The notes under the pieces: model-generated
Told to the model about the DNA's origin: nothing
Database searches by the model: none
What the model saw: the letters and a program-made list of their open reading frames with translations, nothing else
Shown here: in pieces, positions 54,000-64,000 of the stretch
Layout of the letters: each line of letters starts with the position of its first letter
How positions within the stretch are numbered: position 1 is the stretch's first letter
From: Nemertoderma westbladi
Lineage: Eukaryota; Animalia; Xenacoelomorpha
Assembly: GCA_032718475.1 (NCBI GenBank)
Contig: JAUCBJ010003147.1
Span: forward strand, 3,627 to 67,626
Direction: 5' to 3'
Length of the DNA: 64,000 nucleotides
Made by a program: the position numbers and the translations under genes

Positions 54000-56900
54000 G
54001 TAATGTTATTTTGAGTCATGCGGTCCATTTTCATGGCAATGGTGAGATCCCTGTCGAACGTTCCCCATGTATTGCAGTTTCCCATAAACAGGCCACCCAG
54101 CGCAGTTGCCCATCACCAGGGCAATGGTCATAACCCTGTGGAACCTCCCCCACCCAGCCCTCTAACTTTGTTTGCTGGAAAATTATAATTGGATAGATGT
54201 ATCAATATATCCTCCTCATCCTCATGAAAATAGTATTTTCTTCACTGAATGACTCTTGCATCACTAATCAATGTTATTGGTTATTATTTCAAATGTATGA
54301 GTTGTTTTCAAGAAAGATAACATTTCTTTATGCTGAGCTTCTTGCCAACAATCTCTTTCCAACATGTGGAATGTTTTTTTAAGTCCAGGATTGTTTTGAT
54401 AATGAGCAATTTTCATGAGCATTTTCATGGCAATGGTCACATCCGTGTGGAACCTTCCGCCACCCAGTACAGTTTCCCATAAACAGGCCCCCCAGCACAG
54501 CTGTCCATCACTAGGGCAATAGTCAGAATGCTGAGATGATTTTGAGGTTGTGCCTAATGTAGGATTGTTTCGATAATGAGGGTTTTTCAGTCAGTTTATC
54601 TGCTTGGTATCTTCTAACTTTGTTTGCTGGAAAATTATAATCGGATAGATGTATCCATATATCGTCCTCATCCCCTAACTATCCTATCATCTAACTTTGT
54701 TTGCTGGAAAATTATAATTGGATAGATGTATTCATATATCCTCCTCATCCTCATGAAAGTAGTATTTTCCTCACCCAATGACTGTTGCATCACTAATCAA
54801 TGTTATTGGCTATTATTTCAAAAGTATGAGTTGTTGGCAATAAAGATAACATTTCTTTATGCTGAGCTTCTTGGCAACAATCTCTTTCCAACATGTGGAA
54901 TGTTATTTTGAGTCCAGGATTGTTTTGATAATGAGCAATTCTCATGACCATTTTCATGGCAATGGTCACATACGTGTGGAACCTTCCGCCACCCAGTACA
55001 GTTTCCCATAAACATGCCGCTCAGCACCGCTGTCCATCATTAGGGCAATGGTCAGAACCCTGACATGATTTTGAGGTTGTGCCTAATGTAGGATTGTTTC
55101 GATAATGAGGGTTTTGCAGTCAGTTTATTTGCTTGGTCTGAAGCAGATTATCCTCTAATCATCTAACTATCCTATCATCTAACTTTGTTTGCTGAAAATT
55201 ATAATTGGATAGATGTATCCATATATCCTCCTCATCCTCATGAAAGTAGTATTTTCTTCACCCAATGACTGTTGCATTACTAAATGTTATTGGCTATTAT
55301 TTCAAAAGCATGAGTTGTTGGCAATAAAGATAACATTTCTTTATGCTGAGCTTCTTGCCAACAATCTCTTTCCAACATGTGGAATGTTATTTTGAGTCCA
55401 GGATTGTTTTGATAATGAGCAATTTTCATGACCATTTTCATGACAATGGTCAAATCCATGTGGAACATTCCACCACGCAGTGCAGTTTCCCATAAACAGG
55501 CCCCCCAGCACAGCTGTCCATCACTAGGGTAATGGTGAGAACCCTGAGATGATTTTGAGGTTGTGCCTAATGTAGGATTGTTTCGATAATGAGGGTTTTG
55601 CAGTCATTTTATATGCTTGGTCTGAAGGAGATTATCCTCTAATCCTCTAACTATCCTATCATCTAACTTTGTTTGCTGGAAAATTATAATTGGATAGATG
55701 TATCCATATATCCTCCTCATCCTCATGAAAGTAGTATTTTCTTAACGCAATGACTGTTGCATTACTAATCAATGTTATTGGCTATTATTTCAAAAGCATG
55801 AGTTGTTAGCAATAAAGATAACATTTTTTTATGCTGAGCTTCTTGCCAACAATCTCTTTCCAACATGTGGAATGTTATTTTGAGTCCAGGATTGTTTTGA
55901 TAATGAGCAATTTTCATGACCATTTTCATGGCAATGGTCACATCCGTGTGGAACATTCCATCACGCAGTGCAGTTTCCCATAAACAGGCCCCTCAGCACA
56001 GCTGTCCATCACTAGGGCAATGGTCAGAACCCTGAGATGATTTTGAGGTTGTGCCTATTGTAGGATTGTTTCGATGATGAGGGTTTTGCAGTCAGTTTAT
56101 CTGCTTGGCCTGAAGGAGATTATCGTCTAACTATCCTATCATCTAATTTTGTTTGCTGGAAAATTATAATTGGATAGATGTATCCATATATCCTCCCCAT
56201 CCTCATGAAAGTAGTATTTTCTTCACCCAATGACTGTTGCATCACTAATCAATGTTATTGGCTATTATTTCAAAAGCATGAGTTGTTAGCAATAAAGATA
56301 ACATTTCTTTATGCTGAGCTTCTTGCCAACAATCTCTTTCCAACATGTGGAATGTTATTTTGAGTCCAGGATTGTTTTGATAATGAGCAATTTTCATGGC
56401 CATTTTCATGGCAATGGTCACATCCGTGTGGAACATTCCATCACGCAGTGCAGTTTCCCATAAACAGGCCCCTCAGCGCAGTCAGTTTATCTGCTTGGCC
56501 TGAAGGAGATTATCGTCTAACTATCCTATCATCTAATTTTGTTTGCTGGAAAATTATAATTGGATAGATGTATCCATATATCCTCCCCATCCTCATGAAA
56601 GTAGTATTTTCTTCACCCAATGACTGTTGCATCACTAATCAATGTTATTGGCTATTATTTCAAAAGCATGAGTTGTTAGCAATAAAGATAACATTTCTTT
56701 ATGCTGAGCTTCTTGCCAACAATCTCTTTCCAACATGTGGAATGTTATTTTGAGTCCAGGATTGTTTTGATAATGAGCAATTTTCATGACCATTTTCATG
56801 GCAATGGTCACATCCGTGTGGAACATTCCATCACGCAGTGCAGTTTCCCATAAACAGGCCCCTCAGCACAGCTGTCCATCACTAGGGCAATGGTCAGAAC

Positions 56901-58648
56901 CCTGAGATGATTTTGAGGTTGTGCCTATTGTAGGATTGTTTCGATGATGAGGGTTTTGCAGTCAGTTTATCTGCTTGGCCTGAAGGAGATTATCGTCTAA
57001 CTATCCTATCATCTAACTTTGTTTGCTGGAAAATTATAATTGGATAGATGTATCCATATATCCTCCCCATCCTCATGAAAGTAGTATTTTCTTCACCCAA
57101 TGACTGTTGCATCACTAATCAATGTTATTGGCTATTATTTCAAAAGCATGAGTTGTTAGCAATAAAGATAACATTTCTTTATGCTGAGCTTCTTGCCAAC
57201 AATCTCTTTCCAACATGTGGAATGTTATTTTGAGTCCAGGATTGTTTTGATAATGAGCAATTTTCATGACCATTTTCATGGCAATGGTCACATCCGTGTG
57301 GAACATTCCGCCACGCAGTGCAGTTTCCCATAAACAGGCCCCTCAGCACAGCTGTCCATCACTAGGGCAATGGTCAGAACCCTGAGATGATTTTGAGGTT
57401 GTGCCTATTGTAGGATTGTTTCGATGATGAGGGTTTTGCAGTCAGTTTATCTGCTTGGCCTGAAGGAGATTATCGTCTAACTATCCTATCATCTAACTTT
57501 TGTTTGCTGGAAAATTATAATTGGATAGATGTATCCATATATCCTCCCCATCCTCATGAAAGTAGTATTTTCTTCACCCAATGACTGTTGCATCACTAAT
57601 CAATGTTATTGGCTATTAATTCAAAAGCATGAGTTGTTGGCAATAAAGATAACATTTCTTTATGCTGAGCTTCTTGCCAACAATCTCTTTCCAACATGTG
57701 GAATGTTATTTTGAGTCCAGGATTGTTTTGATAATGAGCAATTTTCATGACCATTTTCATGGCAATGGTCACATCCGTGTGGAACATTCCACAATGCAGT
57801 GCAGTTTCCCATAAACAGGCCCCCCAGCACAGCTGTCCATCACTAGGGTAATGGTCAGAACCCTGAGATGATTTTGAGGTTGTGCCTAATGTAGGATTGT
57901 TTCGATAATGAGGGTTTTGCAGTCATTTTATATGCTTGGTCTGAAGGAGATTATCCTCTAATCCTCTAACTATCATATCATCTAACTTTGTTTGCTGGAA
58001 AATTATAATTGGATAGATGTATCCATATATCCTCCTCATCCTCATGAAAATAGTATTTTCTTCACTCAATGACTGTTGCATCACTAATCAATTGGCTATT
58101 ATTTCATAAGCATGAGTTGTTGGCAAGAAAGATAACATTTCTGTTGAGCTTCTTGCTAACAATCTCTTTCCAACATGTGGAATGTTATTTTGAGTCCATG
58201 ATTGTTTTGATAATGAGCAATTTTCATGACCATTTTCATGGCAATGGTCACATCCGTGTGGAACCTTCCCCCACCAAGTGCAGTTTCCCATGAACAGGCC
58301 CCCCAGCACAGCTGTCCATCACTAGGGCAATGGTCAGAACCCTGAGATGATTTTGAGGTTGTGCCTAATGTAGGATTGTTTTGTTGATGAGGGTTTTGCA
58401 GTCAGTTTATCTGCTTGGTCTGAAGGAGATTATCCTCTATTCTATCATCTAACTTTGTTTGCTGGAAAATTATAATTGAATAGATGCATCCATATATCCT
58501 CATCATCCTCATGAAAGAAGTATTTTCTTCACCCAATGACTGTTGCATCACTAATCAATGTTATTGGCTATTATTTCAAATGTATGAGTTGTTGACAAGA
58601 AAGATAACATTTCTTTATTTTGAGCTTCTTGCCAAAAAACTCTTCCCT
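54000..58648. repeat. ~480-bp tandem repeat, array 1 (~9-10 units, one 390-bp deleted unit)
   Basis: Equivalent positions at 56178, 56568, 57048 and 57529; CTAACTTTGTTTGCTGGAAAATTATAATTGGATAGATG marks each unit. Confidence 0.97.
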
Positions 58649-59837
58649 ACCCGGTGCTGGTCTGCAACAGGTGCTCCTCCCCTACCCGGTGCTGGTCTGC
58701 AACAGGGAGCTGCTCCCTCATTGGCACTGGAAGTGTATGACGCCTGGGTGGTTTTATCTTAACAGTTGTTTGCCACTTATAAACCTGCGAATGTATGGAT
58801 TCATTCAAATAAGATTGGGCAGCAGTTATGTTGTTTAAGAGGGGGATTTTGTTAAACTAAAATTTAGCCGGACTCAACAACTTATCTTCATCAACATAAT
58901 TATGTTGTGACGTTTTTATTCGAGTCCATGTCCTCACCATATTTAGTTGATCGTTTCAACGACTACACCTTACCCAATATTCAATTTTATCTTCATCACT
59001 CTTAACCCGTTTTACCTCTCCCATTACAATCGTACTACCTCCAACCTGTGCATTGTGCAATCACTTAACTACATTTCAAACCCATGTTCCTAAAAAACTT
59101 ATTTCAAACCCATGTTCCTGAAAAACTTATTCATTCTACAACTCTTATCTTTATATGCACCTTTTACTTCTAATTAAACTAAAGAAGAGTCTATTAAAGA
59201 CGAGTATGGTATGGTATATCTTCAATTATTTATTAACTATTTATTATAACTGAGTCATATCAGAGCAATTATCATAATGTATTGCCCAGTGATGGTCCAG
59301 GTATAAATTCTGAAATATGTAAATAATTAATATTTACTATATTTAAAAATTATTACACAAAAAATGGCATGTATACTTGGCACTATACTTGTAATTGTCC
59401 ACTTGTCAGACTTCTTGGCATCTTGTTAATACAAAATATTCATATATTACATTATATTAGTTACTAATGAAGTAACTTCTGCCGGCGCAGGTCTCCAACA
59501 ACAGGGCGGACAGAACTCAGTGGCACCTCTGAATATATTCTTCCATTGGATGTATGCCTGAAACTGGGCGTTTCATCCAGCCTTGATGTATTGACTGCAT
59601 TAACTAGTAATATAATTGTTATTTTCATTTGTGGGAACTGCGCTACTGCATTTATATTTATTTATAATGGTCGTAATCATTAAATTAAAGCTTTAGCTTT
59701 AAATTGCCTTGGTTCCGTTAAATATTTTTAAATAAATATAAATGAGTAATCGTCCAAAGCCGATCAAAGCAGGATGGCCACATGATATCTACTTATTGGA
59801 ATTATTTAAGATATCTACATGCATTAACTGGTAATTG
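58192..59837. repeat. Segmental duplication, copy 1 (copy 2 at ~62350-64000, offset ~4.16 kb)
   Basis: Near-identical sequence including the last 480-bp unit and ~1.2 kb of flank. Confidence 0.95.
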
Positions 59838-60855
59838 TCCATTATACTCTGACTTATTGGCAGTTATTAATTCCTCAATAGTCATCATTTGCACTTTATT
59901 ATATATTTCATATGGGATGGCTACATCATATCTAGTTATTGGAATTATTTAAGATATCTACACGTTGTAATTATTTAAACTATTTTTACAATTTTTCAGG
60001 GTGAGTGAAAAATCTGGTTCTAAGCTAGTATGTACTTATTAGTACCAGCTTGTAATACTTATTTATACACTTATTTAATTAGTTGCTTTATGTCTCCTTA
60101 TATACTCATTTACATACTTCATGGTTAATTACTTATACTAAATTACATATGTATACAAGTGTGTGAAAATAAACATGTAAATTAAAAAGTGACAAAACAT
60201 TTAGGGACTAAGTACTTATACAGAACTTACTTATATAGTGTAGTTACTAATGAAGTAACTTCTGCTGGCCTTTTGAGTCCTGGTAGGTATATTTGCAGCA
60301 GGATGAGGAAGTCACTTTAACAATTGTAGAATGGCACAACACAATAATATAGGCCTAGAATATAACATGTGCCAGTAGGTCAGCAGTCTGACTGTACATG
60401 GTACTAAGCAAATGACAAGGATCAGTGACAGCACTGAACTGAGAGTTTGCTAATATTGAATCATATGAATTTCCTATTGCTCCAATAATACTACACAGTC
60501 TGACCATACATGATTCAGCTTTGAAAATGGTAAATCATAATATTAATTTGTCTATGTTAGTATTTCTGTTGTTGTCTATGTCAGTCTTTCTGTCTATGAA
60601 ATGATGGTGTCTAGAGTTATACACTTTCGGTGGCGATTCCATCTAGCAGTGAGAGAAATTTTCAAACAAGATTAGGCAATTTTTCAAATGTTTAAGAGCA
60701 GGATTTTGTTCAACTAATATTTTGCAAGACTCAACAACTCTTCATGTTGTTACGTTTTATTCGAGCCCATGTCCACACCAGTACTGGTAGACTGTATACA
60801 TAAGTGCATAACTCTGTTAATCTCTGGATTCATTAGGATAGGACAGCAGTTCTGT

Positions 60856-61200
60856 TTATCTATCTATCCATCCACATGCGTACATCCATCCATCGATCAT
60901 GAATTTTATGGCATCGATGACGGATTGTATAATTCCATGAATTCGAACAGGGCGAGAGGTCTCCTCCGGTTTTATGTGACGAGTTACGTGGGGGATTACC
61001 GGGTGAACTGAGTCGTTCGGAGTGCTAGCGGCGGTGCAGATCGGAGTTAGCGGGATGGAACACCAATTGGAGAACTCGGTGGAGAGGTCGACACGTAGGG
61101 CGATCTCGGGGGAGATATACAGGCCAACGCCGAACGGTTGCCGAATGTCGCACACACATTCTGTTTAGAGTCCCTGGTCCGGTTGTTTCTGGTCTGCCAT
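60856..61200 (-). pseudogene. Possible disrupted small ORF in a CpG-rich patch, product unknown
   Basis: ATG at 61200 (MADQKQPDQGL*TECVCDIRQPFG...) is in frame with the 99-aa ORF but has a TAA at 61167-61165. No recognisable domain. Confidence 0.25.
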
Positions 61201-61351
61201 TTCAGTTGTAGACGTTTTATGCCCTATTTGGAGTCCTCCTTGGAGATTTTGATAAAACTCCTAATTTTATTAATAAAATCTGACACGGTTTGAGATCCTT
61301 GTTAAATTTAATAAATGGTAGTTTCATTGCAGCATTGCTTTAGAAACAACT

Positions 61352-62806
61352 TTTTATGCTGAGCTTCCTGCCAACAATCTCTTTCCATGTGGAATGTTAT
61401 TTTGAGTCCAGGATTGTTTTGATAATGAGCAATTTTCATGACCATTTTCATGGCAATGGTCACATCCGTGTGGAACATTCCGCCACGCAGTGCAGTTTCC
61501 CATAAACAGCTGTCCATCACTAGGGCAATGGTCAGAACCCTGAGATGATTTTGAGGTTGTGCCTATTGTAGGATTGTTTCGATGATGACGGTTTTGCAGT
61601 CAGTTTATCTGCTTGGCCTGAAGGAGATTATCGTCTAACTATCCTATCATCTAACTTTGTTTGCTGGAAAATTATAATTGGATAGATGTATCCATATATC
61701 CTCCCCATCCTCATGAAAGTAGTATTTTCTTCACCCAATGACTGTTGCATCACTAATCAATGTTATTGGCTATTATTTCAAAAGCATGAGTTGTTAGCAA
61801 TAAAGATAACATTTCTTTATGCTGAGCTTCTTGCCAACAATCTCTTTCCAACATGTGGAATGTTATTTTGAGTCCAGGATTGTTTTGATAATGAGTAATT
61901 TTCATGACCATTTTCATGGCAATGGTCACATCCGTGTGGAACATTCCGCCACGCAGTGCAGTTTCCCATAAACAGGCCCCTCAGCACAGCTGTCCATCAC
62001 TAGGGCAATGGTCAGAACCCTGAGATGATTTTGAGGTTGTGCCTATTGTAGGATTGTTTCGATGATGACGGTTTTGCAGTCAGTTTATCTGCTTGGCCTG
62101 AAGGAGATTATCGTCTAACTATCCTATCATCTAACTTTGTTTGCTGGAAAATTATAATTGGATAGATGTATCCATATATCCTCCCCATCCTCATGAAAGT
62201 AGTATTTTCTTCACCCAATGACTGTTGCATCACTAATCAATGTTATTGGCTATTATTTCAAAAGCATGAGTTGTTAGCAATAAAGATAACATTTCTTTAT
62301 GCTGAGCTTCTTGCCAACAATCTCTTTCCAACATGTGGAATGTTATTTTGAGTCCATGATTGTTTTGATAATGAGCAATTTTCATGACCATTTTCATGGC
62401 AATGGTCACATCCGTGTGGAAACTTCCCCCACCAAGTGCAGTTTCCCATGAACAGGCCCCCCAGCACAGCTGTCCATCACTAGGGCAATGGTCAGAACCC
62501 TGAGATGATTTTGAGGTTGTGCCTAATGTAGGATTGTTTTGTTGATGAGGGTTTTGCAGTCAGTTTATCTGCTTGGTCTGAAGGAGATTATCCTCTATTC
62601 TATCATCTAACTTTGTTTGCTGGAAAATTATAATTGAATAGATGCATCCATATATCCTCATCATCCTCATGAAAGAAGTATTTTCTTCACCCAATGACTG
62701 TTGCATCACTAATCAATGTTATTGGCTATTATTTCAAATGTATGAGTTGTTGACAAGAAAGATAACATTTCTTTATTTTGAGCTTCTTGCCAAAAATCTC
62801 TTCCCT
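61352..62806. repeat. ~480-bp tandem repeat, array 2 (~3 units)
   Basis: Same unit as 54000-58648; equivalent positions at 61686, 62166 and 62642. Confidence 0.96.
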
Positions 62807-64000
62807 ATCCGGTGCTGGTCTGCAACAGGTGCTCCTCCCCTACCCGGTGCGTGCTGGTCTGCAACAGGGAGCTGCTCCCTCATTGGCACTGGAAGTGTAT
62901 GACGCCTGGGTGGTTTTATCTTAACAGTTGTTTGCCACTTATAAACCTGCGAATGTATGGATTCATTCAAATAAGATTGGGCAGCAGTTATGTTGTTTAA
63001 GAGGGGGATTTTGTTAAACTAAAATTTAGCCGGACTCAACAACTTATCTTCATCAACATAATTATGTTGTGACGTTTTTATTCGAGTCCATGTCCTCACC
63101 ATATTTAGTTAGATCGTTTCAACGACTACACCTTACCCAATATTCAATTTTATCTTCATCACTCTTAACCCGTTTTACCTCTCCCATTACAATCGTACTA
63201 CCTCCAACCTGTGCATTGTGCAATCACTTAACTACATTTCAAACCCATGTTCCTAAAAAACTTATTTCAAACCCATGTTCCTGAAAAACTTATTCATTCT
63301 ACAACTCTTATCTTTATATGCACCTTTTACTTCTAATTAAACTAAAGAAGAGTCTATTAAAGACGAGTATGGTATGGTATATCTTCAATTATTTATTAAC
63401 TATTTATTATAACTGAGTCATATCAGAGCAATTATCATAATGTATTGCCCAGTGATGGTCCAGGTATAAATTCTGAAATATGTAAATAATTAATATTTAC
63501 TATATTTAAAAATTATTACACAAAAAATGGCATGTATACTTGGCACTATACTTGTAATTGTCCACTTGTCAGACTTCTTGGCATCTTGTTAATACAAAAT
63601 ATTCATATATTACATTATATTAGTTACTAATGAAGTAACTTCTGCCGGCGCAGGTCTCCAACAACAGGGCGGACAGAACTCAGTGGCACCTCTGAATATA
63701 TTCTTCCATTGGATGTATGCCTGAAACTGGGCGTTTCATCCAGCCTTGATGTATTGACTGCATTAACTAGTAATATAATTGTTATTTTCATTTGTGGGAA
63801 CTGCGCTACTGCATTTATATTTATTTATAATGGTCGTAATCATTAAATTAAAGCTTTAGCTTTAAATTGCCTTGGTTCCGTTAAATATTTTTAAATAAAT
63901 ATAAATGAGTAATCGTCCAAAGCCGATCAAAGCAGGATGGCCACATGATATCTACTTATTGGAATTATTTAAGATATCTACATGCATTAACTGGTAATTG
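62350..64000. repeat. Segmental duplication, copy 2 (runs off the window end)
   Basis: Matches 58192-59837. Confidence 0.95.

Noticed and set aside
59460-60330. Two minus-strand segments that both translate to PAEVTSLVT near splice-like sites
   Set aside because: Short shared DNA (TAGTTACTAATGAAGTAACTTCTGC) without a consistent open exon chain; insufficient support for a gene.
54197-62351. Repeated 61-63-aa ORFs resembling a tandem small-gene family
   Set aside because: They recur only because the 480-bp unit repeats. Some units are frameshifted, ORFs overlap on both strands, and no domain or promoter is evident.

Overview
AT-rich, repeat-dominated eukaryotic (probably invertebrate animal) DNA; no prokaryotic features, RNA genes or CRISPR array. 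About half of the window is tandem repeat (64/66, 49/51, 21/22, 28, 42, ~545 and ~480 bp units). The informative core is 17.3-33.5 kb and looks like a large Helitron/Helentron-related element with an unusual gene set. (i) An intronless SGNH hydrolase lies on the minus strand. (ii) A divergently transcribed 8-9-coding-exon gene, not visible in the ORF track, has only phase-0 introns and encodes two atypical zinc knuckles, a catalytically dead OTU-like domain and S/P/T-rich regions. (iii) A PIF1-family helicase C-terminal half is fused in frame to an SLX1-like GIY-YIG nuclease, where Helentrons usually carry an AP endonuclease. The helicase frame starts abruptly at a 28-bp satellite and lacks Walker A/B. 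No HUH Rep is visible, so this copy is internally deleted or mis-assembled. Two MITEs are nested in the introns. All domain calls are by-eye motif recognition and need HMM confirmation; element termini were not identified.
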